Source: Candidatus Omnitrophota bacterium (lineage in GTDB: Bacteria; Omnitrophota; Gorgyraeia; Gygaellales; Profunditerraquicolaceae). From it: a stretch of 64,000 bases of DNA. Position 1 is the first letter of the stretch. Each line of letters begins with the position of its first letter. Positions 38,572 through 46,601 of the stretch are shown in pieces. Below the pieces are notes generated by a model. It had not been told where the DNA came from. It searched no databases and saw only the letters and a list, made by a program, of their open reading frames with translations. Location: NCBI GenBank assembly GCA_020058085.1, contig JAGVER010000014.1, positions 33,747-97,746 of the forward strand, given 5' to 3'. The translations under genes and the position numbers were made by a program.

Positions 38572-38621
38572 ACTAACCTCGCTTTCTATGCCAATTTAAT
38601 TTTCTTGTCAAAAAATTTAAA

Positions 38622-38695
38622 TGGGCGCTACAGGATTTGAACCCGTGGCCTTTTCCATGTCAAGGAAACGCTCTAACCAACTGAGCTAAGCGCCC
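38622..38695 (-). tRNA. tRNA-Val(GAC)
   Basis: GGGCGCTTAGCTCAGTTGGTTAGAGCG TTTCC TTGACAT GGAAA...GGTTCAAATCC. Confidence 0.95.
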
Positions 38696-38704
38696 AAACT
38701 ATCA

Positions 38705-38787
38705 TGGGCAGGGAGGGAGTCGAACCCTCACGCTCTTACGAACGGGAGATTTTAAGTCTCCATTGTCTGCCATTCCAACACCTGCCC
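38705..38787 (-). tRNA. tRNA-Leu(TAA)
   Basis: GGGCAGGTGTTGGAATGGCAGACAA TGGAGACTTAAAATCTCC, long variable arm, GGTTCGACTCCC. Confidence 0.95.
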
Positions 38788-38794
38788 AATTCTT

Positions 38795-39463
38795 CTAGGA
38801 ACAAAACGGAATGGTTGTTTTGCTTTTGCTCCAGCCCGCGTACGAATGCATACATTCTTGGGCTAATTTTATTTTTCTATCTAAACCAAAACAATTCTCA
38901 TAATAACAGTTTCTAGAAATTTCTTTAGCGGCCATTTTCCCGTATTTCAATACCCACAAATTAGCCCCATTCTTATGTATCTTGCCACGGACTTTTAATA
39001 AATTCTCAGCCACATTGTTTAACCAACTAATAAATTCACTAGATCCGGAATAAATTCTTAAACTCCACTGTTCTCTTTTATTCGAGGGATGAATCCATGC
39101 GCGAATGCAACCATCGCTATCAATTAGCCCTCTTAAAAAATCAACAAAAAATTTACTTGGCACATCTATTTTGCCTAAGGTAAGTGATTTGTTCGGTGTT
39201 AATCCTATTGATAAAAGAAATTCGTAAAAATTCCTATTTCCAATTTGGATATGAAAACATTTTTGTTTTTTACCATTATACTTAACACCGATTTGATTAG
39301 CAATACCAATCACAGTCTTTAGTTCTTGAAGAAAATTTTGATCTTTAGATGTTATATCAATATGCCTACCATCGGTACACAAACAGCCATCTGTCGTAAT
39401 CAACCCCACTAAATACCAAAGATTTGCGCCTACAATTTTTAATTCTTTTCGCTTTTGCGGCAT
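38795..39463 (-). CDS. Free-standing two-motif LAGLIDADG homing endonuclease-like protein (start MPQKRK)
   Basis: YLVGLITTDGCL and DFLRGLIDSDGCI motifs, GLTPNKS; no intein splicing blocks; the ORF-track extension overlaps tRNA-Cys. Confidence 0.85.
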   Translation of the reverse strand: MPQKRKELKIVGANLWYLVGLITTDGCLCTDGRHIDITSKDQNFLQELKTVIGIANQIGVKYNGKKQKCFHIQIGNRNFYEFLLSIGLTPNKSLTLGKIDVPSKFFVDFLRGLIDSDGCIRAWIHPSNKREQWSLRIYSGSSEFISWLNNVAENLLKVRGKIHKNGANLWVLKYGKMAAKEISRNCYYENCFGLDRKIKLAQECMHSYAGWSKSKTTIPFCS

Positions 39464-39474
39464 TTTTAATTCTA

Positions 39475-39546
39475 AGGCGACGAGCGGATTCGAACCGCTG
39501 AATAGCTCTTTTGCAGAGAGCTGCCTTACCACTTGGCTACGTCGCC
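39475..39546 (-). tRNA. tRNA-Cys(GCA)
   Basis: GGCGACGTAGCCAAGTGGTAAGGCA GCTCT CTGCAAA AGAGC...GGTTCGAATCC. Confidence 0.95.
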
Positions 39547-39552
39547 AAACAT

Positions 39553-40092
39553 CTAAAGAACCTTGTTAACCTCCTTGATTATCGCCTCAATATCAGCCAA
39601 ACACCCCATACCAACGTCTCCACAGGCGAGTTTACCTTCTTGGGGGCCAATAAAAACATAGCCTAACTTTTTAAGTTTAGCAATATTATCCTGAGTAATT
39701 TTATTTTTATACATATTCTCGTTCATAGCCGGAGCGATTAAAACCGGGGCTCTGGTTGCGAGAATAATACAAGTCAATAAATCATCGCAAATTCCGGCGG
39801 CTATCTTAGCAATAATATTTGCTGTTGCTGGCGCAAGCAAAATTAAATCTGCTTTTTTGGCTAAAGATATGTGTTCTATCTCCCAAGTATCCACAAAATC
39901 AAAAAGCCCGCAATAAACCTTATTTCCGGAAAGGTTCTGGAAAACTATCGGCCTAATTAATTCTTCCGATTCTTTGGTCATCACTACAGTTACAGAACCA
40001 ATCTTCTCTTTAATCTGGCGCACGATATCACAAGATTTATAAATGGCGATACTCGCGCTAACCCCCAAAATAATATTCTTCTCTTTAACCAA
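39553..40092 (-). CDS. coaC: Phosphopantothenoylcysteine decarboxylase (stand-alone CoaC flavoprotein domain)
   Basis: EHISLA, APATAN, APAMN..MY, LACGDVG. Confidence 0.88.
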   Translation of the reverse strand: MVKEKNIILGVSASIAIYKSCDIVRQIKEKIGSVTVVMTKESEELIRPIVFQNLSGNKVYCGLFDFVDTWEIEHISLAKKADLILLAPATANIIAKIAAGICDDLLTCIILATRAPVLIAPAMNENMYKNKITQDNIAKLKKLGYVFIGPQEGKLACGDVGMGCLADIEAIIKEVNKVL

Positions 40093-40094
40093 TT

Positions 40095-40304
40095 TTACCC
40101 TTTGCCCTTAAGCTTCTTAGCCCGTACCCTGCCTTCAGTAATTTCATATAAGGCTATCGTAGAAGGCTTCAAGGCAGCATTGACATCTACGAGTTTAGGC
40201 TGGCCTTCGGCAATTTCAAGGGCTCTTTTTGCTGCCAAATTGACCAACTTATAAATCGACCCCTCACTCTTATCCAATAATCTTTCTCTATCAACATAAC
40301 CCAT
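40095..40304 (-). CDS. rpoZ: RNA polymerase omega subunit
   Basis: SIYKLVNLAAKRA, KP..IAL.EI; gmk-rpoZ-coa synteny. Confidence 0.9.
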   Translation of the reverse strand: MGYVDRERLLDKSEGSIYKLVNLAAKRALEIAEGQPKLVDVNAALKPSTIALYEITEGRVRAKKLKGKG

Positions 40305-40307
40305 AGC

Positions 40308-40886
40308 TTACTCCTCGCTTTTATTTAATAACCTTTTTAATATAATACCTTTTAGTCTTTTGGCCGCTTGAACTAAATTTATATTTTTCAAAGAATAATC
40401 ATATTCTGATACATTCTTAAGCTCTCTCTCTGCGCGACTGATGCGCTTTGAGATCTCCTCCTCTCTGGTGCCCAGAGAGCGTCCCTCAATTCTTTTACGC
40501 AACTCCCCAAGAGAAGGGGGCATAATAAAAATGGTTATTGTATCCTTAGGATAAAGTTTTTTTATCCTACTGGCGCCCTTAAAATCGAGACAGAGCAATA
40601 CGTTTTTACCTTTTTTTAAGCTAAGCTCAAGTAAATCTTTTTTGGTGCCGTAATAATAGCCTAAGTACCTTGTCCATTCAAGAATTCTTTTGTTTTTTCT
40701 TAAGCTATGGAATATGTTTTCATTTATAAAAAAATAGTCCCTCCCTTCCCTCTCGCCTAAGCGCATAGGACGAGTAGTGAAAGAGATAGACTTAACAAAT
40801 ATTTTCTTGAGCGCCTTCTCCTTAAGCAGACGGTCGCGCAAGGTAGTCTTGCCCGAGCCCGAAGGGCCGGAAAGGACAAAAATCAT
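40308..40886 (-). CDS. gmk: Guanylate kinase
   Basis: SGPSGSGKTT, TTRP.R.GE..G.DY.F, YYGT. Confidence 0.95.
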   Translation of the reverse strand: MIFVLSGPSGSGKTTLRDRLLKEKALKKIFVKSISFTTRPMRLGEREGRDYFFINENIFHSLRKNKRILEWTRYLGYYYGTKKDLLELSLKKGKNVLLCLDFKGASRIKKLYPKDTITIFIMPPSLGELRKRIEGRSLGTREEEISKRISRAERELKNVSEYDYSLKNINLVQAAKRLKGIILKRLLNKSEE

Positions 40887-41710
40887 TCTACATTCTGCAC
40901 CTGCTCTCGGATCTTTTCGATTAAACTCTTAATCTTAAGGACCTGGGCAGATACCGCCACATCAAATGTTTTAGCTGCCAACGTATTGGCCTCGCGCTGC
41001 ATCTCTTGAGCTATAAAATCGAGTTCTTTACCCACTGAACCGCTTGCAATAATTTTACTCTTAAGATTATTAATATGAAAACTAAGCCTATCTATCTCTT
41101 CTGTCGTATCCGTGTCTTTTAAAAATACTGCACGCTCTTCATCAGTAGCAAAGGCCTTAAGCCTTGCCTTAAGTGATTTTTTTAATATTTCTTTTATGCC
41201 GGACAGCCTCTTCTTAAGCTCTTCAGCCTGTTTTTTTAAATACCCCTGTAAAGCACTACCCTCTTTTATGCGCGCCTGAGTTAAATTATTTACAGCGATA
41301 TTTAAAGCGGTCTTTAATTTCGACCAGAGGCTCTCGGGAGAGACTCGTTTCTCTCCCAAAGTTAATACCCCGGGTAAATTTATCAAAGTACTTAATTCTA
41401 AATTATCTTTAAGTTTAAATTCCTCTTTGATACCATTTATTTTCTCTATATATTTTTTAAGGAGCGTTTTATTTATACAGGCATCCCCTGCTTGTTTACC
41501 GCTTAAATTTACTCCGCATGTTACTCTTCCTCTTTTAATCTTCAACTCAATAATTTTCTTCATCCTCTCTTCGAGAGAAAGCGATCCGTCGGGTAAATGC
41601 AATACTATCTCCAGAAACTTATGATTGGTACTTCTCAACTCTACAGATATCTTACCATACCCTGCAATCTCTATCTCGGAGCTGCCGAAGCCGGTCATAC
41701 TCTTAATCAT
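40883..41710 (-). CDS. yicC: YicC/YloC-family endoribonuclease
   Basis: SMTGFG, GKELDFIAQEMQREANT, IREQVQNVE. Confidence 0.93.
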   Translation of the reverse strand: MIKSMTGFGSSEIEIAGYGKISVELRSTNHKFLEIVLHLPDGSLSLEERMKKIIELKIKRGRVTCGVNLSGKQAGDACINKTLLKKYIEKINGIKEEFKLKDNLELSTLINLPGVLTLGEKRVSPESLWSKLKTALNIAVNNLTQARIKEGSALQGYLKKQAEELKKRLSGIKEILKKSLKARLKAFATDEERAVFLKDTDTTEEIDRLSFHINNLKSKIIASGSVGKELDFIAQEMQREANTLAAKTFDVAVSAQVLKIKSLIEKIREQVQNVE

Positions 41711-41722
41711 GATTTATCCTTT

Positions 41723-42229
41723 TTAAGAAACCCAGATATTGCTTCTTAACTCTTTCTTTACAATTTCTTGCGTAGGGTATAAATCTACAATAATCTCATC
41801 GGGCTGAAACCAGAGCTTAATCTCTCTCTCCGCATCAGGGACATCAGATGATACATGAATGACGTTTTCATAAACTCCGGTTGTAGTTATTCGTCCGTAA
41901 GACCCACGAATAGAGGTAGGATCTGCCTCTTCCGGATTTGTCGCCCCGGCTAATTCACGGCACTTCTTAATCGCATCCTCCCCCCAATAAACCAAGGCCA
42001 TAACTTTTTTGCGATCATGCAATTCACCCTGCAGATATTTAATGATCTCGCCGAAAAAAGGTTTTTCTTTCAGGTGACTATAGTGATTCACAGCTAATTC
42101 CTTAGAGACACGCACCATCTTGGCCGCGACAATTTCAAGCTTGGTCTCGGATAGGCGCGTAAGAATATTTCCGGTTAATGACTTTTTAAGCCCATCAGGC
42201 TTAATCAGAATTAAAACTGCTTGATTCAT
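41723..42229 (-). CDS. ndk: Nucleoside diphosphate kinase
   Basis: LIKPDG, GATNP, SIRG.YG, NVIH.SD. Confidence 0.93.
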   Translation of the reverse strand: MNQAVLILIKPDGLKKSLTGNILTRLSETKLEIVAAKMVRVSKELAVNHYSHLKEKPFFGEIIKYLQGELHDRKKVMALVYWGEDAIKKCRELAGATNPEEADPTSIRGSYGRITTTGVYENVIHVSSDVPDAEREIKLWFQPDEIIVDLYPTQEIVKKELRSNIWVS

Positions 42230-43080
42230 TACGATTTACCTCCCTTAATTACACCTATGATCCTCTCTAAATCTTCTTGAGAATAAAATTCAATAAGGAT
42301 CTGCCCGCGTTTTTTCATTTTGCTAACCCTGACCTTAGTGGAGAGCAACTGCTGCAGGTCTTCTTCAACTGCTGCCACATATGGCTCACGAACCGCGTAC
42401 GAACTTTTACGCCTTATACCTTTAGGGCGATGTGTTTTAATTAAATTCTCCAGCTCTCTTACCGACAAACCCCTGGATATTACTTCTTGAGTCAACCTGC
42501 GCTGCTGGTTTTCATCCTCTATCTCCAATAATGCCCGACCATGCGCGAATGATATACGGCCTTTTTTCATCTCATCTTGAATCTCATGCGGAAGCTTCAG
42601 TAATCTTAAGGTATTAGCGATAGTAGCGCGAGCCTTACCTAAACCCTCGCCAATCTTTTCCTGGGTTACCTGAAACTTATCCATAAGATGCTGGTAAGCA
42701 TGTGCCTCTTCAATAGGATTCAAGCTCTCTCTTTGTATATTCTCTATCAATGCGTATTCTAGTGAATCGCGATCATCAACATCTTTAACTATTATTGGTA
42801 TCTCCTTGAGCTCCAATGATTTACATGCACGCAACCTTCTTTCTCCGGCTATTAATTCATAAGAATCACCTTTGCGTCTCACCAGAAGCGGCTGAATCAC
42901 CCCTTTTTCTTTTATTGATTGAGCAAGTTCTGCAATTGTACTCAAATCAAAATCTTCCCGCGGCTGAAAAGGATTTGGCTTGATTTGTCCAGTCTGGACA
43001 TAAATAATCGCGCTTTTATCAACATTCTCCCTCTCCGGTATTAAGGCGCCAATACCTTTCCCCAAGGCTTTTCTTTCCAT
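42229..43080 (-). CDS. parB: Chromosome partitioning protein ParB/Spo0J (start corrected to MERKALG)
   Basis: LGKGIGALI, NPFQPR, IAGERRLRA, ENIQRE, HTH, GHxRALL-like. Confidence 0.96.
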   Translation of the reverse strand: MERKALGKGIGALIPERENVDKSAIIYVQTGQIKPNPFQPREDFDLSTIAELAQSIKEKGVIQPLLVRRKGDSYELIAGERRLRACKSLELKEIPIIVKDVDDRDSLEYALIENIQRESLNPIEEAHAYQHLMDKFQVTQEKIGEGLGKARATIANTLRLLKLPHEIQDEMKKGRISFAHGRALLEIEDENQQRRLTQEVISRGLSVRELENLIKTHRPKGIRRKSSYAVREPYVAAVEEDLQQLLSTKVRVSKMKKRGQILIEFYSQEDLERIIGVIKGGKS

Positions 43081-43090
43081 CAAGCTTCTC

Positions 43091-43138
43091 CTCCTTGTGC
43101 AGTAGCACACACCGGACTCTCAATTAAGTCCGGGTGTT
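43091..43138 (-). repeat. Repeat family R1, short form copy D
   Basis: 48 bp identical to copy C; spans from the parA stop to the parB SD. Confidence 0.9.
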
Positions 43139-43919
43139 ATTTAACTATAGCATCTTTTAGCGGCAGACCTAAAATCTCCCGACAGAGTTCCTCATATTTT
43201 TGAGCGCCAAGAGAATCTTTATCATACAAATAAATCGGCTTACCAAAGCTCGGAGCTTCGGTAAGACGAATATTACGTGGAATTACCGTCTGATAAACCT
43301 TATCCTTAAAATGATTCCTGGCTTCTTGAATTACTTCTCTAGTAAGATTAGTCCTGTAATCTGCCATAGTCAATAGAACTCCCTCGATTGTTAAGTTTTG
43401 ATTAATATTATCTTTCACAAGTCTAATTGTATTATTAAGTTGCGTTAATCCTTCTAAGGCGTAATATTCGCACTGTACCGGCACAATAACTGAATCTGCC
43501 GCACATAAACCATTGATAGTTAAAAGCCCTAATGACGGAGGGGAATCAACAATGATAAAATCAAATTCTATTTTTATTTTTTCCAGGGCCCTTTTTAATC
43601 TATATTCCCTACCTAGCGATCCAACTAATTCTACTTCTGCTCCAGTTAAATCTAAATTAGATGGTGCAAGGACCAGGTTTGGTATTGCAGTAGGTTGAAG
43701 CACATCTCGGATATCTATTTCTTCCAAAAGTACATGATAAGTGCTTTTTTTGATGTCATGCTTATTCGCACCTATACCGCTAGTTGCGTTCGCTTGAGGA
43801 TCTAAATCTACAAGCATAACTTTCTTACCGGCAACAGCAAGGAATACAGCAATATTAATTGCTGATGTAGTTTTACCTACTCCACCCTTCTGATTACAGA
43901 TTGTAATTATCTTACCCAT
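43137..43919 (-). CDS. parA: Chromosome partitioning ATPase ParA/Soj
   Basis: NQKGGVGKTT, DLDPQAN, D.PPSLG, QCEYYALEG, EAPSFG. Confidence 0.96.
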   Translation of the reverse strand: MGKIITICNQKGGVGKTTSAINIAVFLAVAGKKVMLVDLDPQANATSGIGANKHDIKKSTYHVLLEEIDIRDVLQPTAIPNLVLAPSNLDLTGAEVELVGSLGREYRLKRALEKIKIEFDFIIVDSPPSLGLLTINGLCAADSVIVPVQCEYYALEGLTQLNNTIRLVKDNINQNLTIEGVLLTMADYRTNLTREVIQEARNHFKDKVYQTVIPRNIRLTEAPSFGKPIYLYDKDSLGAQKYEELCREILGLPLKDAIVK

Positions 43920-43977
43920 TGCAATTCATATAGTTACAATTTGTGTCCCGCGGAACATTCCTTAATTTGCTACCTCT

Positions 43978-44005
43978 ATTATCTAAAAATTCTAGAGGTT
44001 GTCAA
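43978..44005 (-). promoter_or_regulatory. Probable parA promoter
   Basis: TTGACA-16 bp-GATAAT. Confidence 0.5.
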
Positions 44006-44012
44006 GTGTTTT

Positions 44013-44076
44013 TTCTTGATTTCACTTACGTTCAATCAAGAATTTCGCTAGACAAAACTTATGGTGCTCAACTTTT
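44013..44076 (+). repeat. Structured intergenic repeat family R2, copy 1
   Basis: Stem TTCTTGATT/AATCAAGAA, loop TCACTTACGTTC, tail TTTCGCTAGACAAAACTTATGGTGCTCAA. Confidence 0.8.
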
Positions 44077-44086
44077 AGGAGCATTT

Positions 44087-44281
44087 TTACCTTATCTCCC
44101 TTATAATAGTAACGCGTACCTTAGCTAACTTAGTTCCAGGCATACCAAAAAGGCCCTTTGCTTCTTCAGAGATAATCTCTACTCTAACTTTCTTGCGTGG
44201 AAGCTGTAATTGTTGCAGGGCTTTTTTAATAGCTTCTTCCACCGTATTCCCTTCTATCTCAATAGCCTTATCTTCCTTCAT
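44087..44281 (-). CDS. Jag/KhpB N-terminal-domain-only protein
   Basis: EGNTVEEAI..AL..L, EIISE..KGLFG...AKVRV; follows yidC; no KH or R3H domain. Confidence 0.85.
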   Translation of the reverse strand: MKEDKAIEIEGNTVEEAIKKALQQLQLPRKKVRVEIISEEAKGLFGMPGTKLAKVRVTIIREIR

Positions 44282-45795
44282 TTTGCCCTATTCATGCGCA
44301 GTTGAAATGCTAACATAAGCATACTATTTACAAACCAATACAAAACTAATCCAGATGGCATGCGATAAAATATTAAACCAAACATAACCGGCATAACAAT
44401 AAGCATTATCTTTTGCTGTTCAGCAGAAGCGCCGCTAGCAGATGCCGAGGAGATCTTCTGCTGCACAAACATACCTATTGCCATAATAATGGGTAATATA
44501 TTTAAATCGCTCCCCAATATTGGCAATGATTTAGGTAGTATTATTAGACGATCTGGCTCAGAGAGATCCTTAATCCAAAGAAATCTCGCTCCTTTTAAAA
44601 CAATGGAGCGCATAAGTGCATTATAAAGAGCAAAGAATATAGGCATCTGTAGCAACAACGGCAAACAGCCACCTAAAGGATTAACCTTATGCTCTTTATA
44701 TAACCCCATTATCTCTTTGTTCATTCTTTGCGGATTATCTTTATAAATCTTGCGTAATTCTTCAACTTTAGGTTGCAAAACCTGCATTTCTTTCATTGAA
44801 CGCATCTGCTTTATGGATAGCGGGTATAACATTAAATATACTAATATACTTAATAAAACAATTGCCAAACCCCAGTTATGAACTATCTTATAGAGAAAAC
44901 CTAAGGCTTGCAAAAGTACTTGTGAAATAATATCAAATGTGCCATAATGAACTAGTGCGGACCATGCTGGATTGATACTATTAAGAATACCCACATCTTG
45001 CGGGCCTATGTAAATACGGTACGAATGTCCAATCTGACCGCCAGTTGGAACATTTTCTGTTTGGACATTTAATCCAATCTCGGATTCCTGTTTATTTAAT
45101 GTATTTACAAAACCACTAGCATTTTCTACATCTGGCTCAATAATAGCAGCGAAATATTGATCTCTTACTCCTAAAAATTTAACCCCGCTCAACTGCGTAT
45201 TCTTCTGTATACCTATGTGCGTAGTCTTATCCTGCATTGCTAAAGTTAAATCTTGATACCGCGCTTGAGAATTCTTGGATGAAAAATCCATAATTCCTAA
45301 TAATAGGGGTACTTCTAACTTAAGTGGAGAGGATGATAAATTTTGTATATTTATCTCTAAGCTCATGGTGTAATTAGAGTTATGAAACTTAAATCTTTTA
45401 GTTACCCTTTTATCAGCATTAACCGCAATAAAACTAATACTATCTTGGCTAATCTGACTCTTTTTAAAAACTAATGTTGGGTCATTTAATAGTAGTCCAT
45501 ATTTCAACGGCAGGGAATGGTTGCCGTAGTTCTTAAAAGTCACCTCTTTAAGCGCTGCGAGGTTCTCATAAAAAGTGACCATTAAGTTGCTCTGTTCGAA
45601 CTTAACAAGGCTCTCAGTTTCTGGTTTAGTTGATTGAATTACGCTAGCTGAAAGCGTTGTATTTTGCTTATTTAGTAATGGCTCTTTAGTTGTAACATCT
45701 TGCACGCCAACATTTTGCTGCTTTGGCATGATAAAGGACCAAATTAACAAAACCGCCAAAGATAATGCTATTGCCAAAACCATACGTTTTTCCAT
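44278..45795 (-). CDS. yidC: Membrane protein insertase YidC
   Basis: NWGLAI, PLS.KQ..SM..MQ, VNPLGGCLP.LLQMPIF, GLVLYW; start MEKRMV. Confidence 0.96.
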   Translation of the reverse strand: MEKRMVLAIALSLAVLLIWSFIMPKQQNVGVQDVTTKEPLLNKQNTTLSASVIQSTKPETESLVKFEQSNLMVTFYENLAALKEVTFKNYGNHSLPLKYGLLLNDPTLVFKKSQISQDSISFIAVNADKRVTKRFKFHNSNYTMSLEINIQNLSSSPLKLEVPLLLGIMDFSSKNSQARYQDLTLAMQDKTTHIGIQKNTQLSGVKFLGVRDQYFAAIIEPDVENASGFVNTLNKQESEIGLNVQTENVPTGGQIGHSYRIYIGPQDVGILNSINPAWSALVHYGTFDIISQVLLQALGFLYKIVHNWGLAIVLLSILVYLMLYPLSIKQMRSMKEMQVLQPKVEELRKIYKDNPQRMNKEIMGLYKEHKVNPLGGCLPLLLQMPIFFALYNALMRSIVLKGARFLWIKDLSEPDRLIILPKSLPILGSDLNILPIIMAIGMFVQQKISSASASGASAEQQKIMLIVMPVMFGLIFYRMPSGLVLYWFVNSMLMLAFQLRMNRAK

Positions 45796-45796
45796 A

Positions 45797-46012
45797 TTAA
45801 TCCAGGGGATCATAACCATACTTGCCGGAAAATGGTTGGCAAGAAGATATTCTCCTGACTCCTTTTGCTGATCCTTTTAAGAATCCATATTTTACAATAG
45901 CCAGTTTCGTATATTCGGAACAACTAGGAATAAAACGACAAGACTGGGGTAATACCCTTCTAAGAGAGACCTGATAAACTTTAATTAAAAATAAGGCTGC
46001 ACGCTTAAGCAT
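45797..46012 (-). CDS. yidD: Membrane protein insertion efficiency factor YidD
   Basis: YQ...CRFIPSCSEY...CQPF..GYDP. Confidence 0.93.
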   Translation of the reverse strand: MLKRAALFLIKVYQVSLRRVLPQSCRFIPSCSEYTKLAIVKYGFLKGSAKGVRRISSCQPFSGKYGYDPLD

Positions 46013-46149
46013 TACCTACAGAGTTTTTTTCTGCCCTTTTGCCGGCGTCGAGCCAATAGTTTGCGGCCATTGCGGGTAGCCATTTTGCTGCGGAATCCAA
46101 GCTTTCTCTTTCCGACGATATTTGTCGGTGTTTTCAAATTCTTTTTCAT
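46012..46149 (-). CDS. rpmH: 50S ribosomal protein L34, 45 aa
   Basis: MKKNLKTPTNIVGKRKLGFRSKMATRNGRKLLARRRQKGRKKLCR; SD GGAG; TAATG overlap with yidD. Confidence 0.93.
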   Translation of the reverse strand: MKKNLKTPTNIVGKRKLGFRSKMATRNGRKLLARRRQKGRKKLCR

Positions 46150-46193
46150 CTCTTTTGACTCCTACTGTATTGTATTAATAAGAATTGTGGTTA

Positions 46194-46221
46194 ATTATAA
46201 CATAAAAGCATGCCTCGTCAA
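46194..46221 (-). promoter_or_regulatory. rpmH promoter
   Basis: TTGACG-16 bp-TATAAT with extended -10 TG. Confidence 0.75.
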
Positions 46222-46311
46222 TGGCTAATTTTTATTCATCCCTGCGTTATGCACAAATAGACGATAATTATCCACAGTCCCGTCGAAAAACGGATACAAT
46301 CTCAATGGGTT

Positions 46312-46376
46312 TCCTTGGCCTCACTTACGTTCGGCCAAGGATTTCCCTAGATAAAAACTTTAGAGCTCAATTTTTT
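46312..46376 (+). repeat. Repeat family R2, copy 2
   Basis: Stem TCCTTGGCC/GGCCAAGGA, same 12-nt loop as copy 1, tail TTTCCCTAGATAAAAACTTTAGAGCTCAA. Confidence 0.8.
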
Positions 46377-46377
46377 A

Positions 46378-46455
46378 TTGACGCCCGGAAATATTATTGT
46401 ATAATAACTGACGTTTAACTTTTTTGCTTGCAACTGTTTTTGTTTCTGTTATAAT
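46378..46455 (+). promoter_or_regulatory. Two tandem dnaA promoters
   Basis: TTGACG-16 bp-TATAAT (46378-46405) and TTGCAA-16 bp-TATAAT (46428-46455). Confidence 0.7.
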
Positions 46456-46601
46456 TATTCTACGCTTCTGGATTTTTAATCATATTTTCCCCAATGGCTT
46501 TTTTATTTGGGTGCTAAACAATATTCAAATCCTGCTTTAACGAAAGAAATTATTGTCCACAGATTTATTCAAGTTGTGGATAAACTGTTGATAAGAGAGA
46601 A

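Larger units (their letters stand above)
46186..46594. other. oriC, part upstream of dnaA (DnaA-box cluster)
   Basis: TTATCCACA 46268-46276, TGTGGATAA 46575-46583; one-mismatch boxes at 46247-46255, 46553-46561, 46586-46594; gene-strand switch. Confidence 0.85.

Noticed and set aside
38704-38916. 70-aa + strand ORF
   Set aside because: Antisense to tRNA-Leu(TAA) and the LAGLIDADG gene
38705-39546. Group I intron in a tRNA carrying the LAGLIDADG ORF
   Set aside because: Both flanking tRNAs are complete and the 7- and 11-nt flanks leave no room for a ribozyme core
43943-46418. Two small + strand ORFs (43943-44128, 46221-46418) sharing TYV..RISLDK
   Set aside because: The similarity comes from repeat R2; they overlap promoters and DnaA boxes and have no SD
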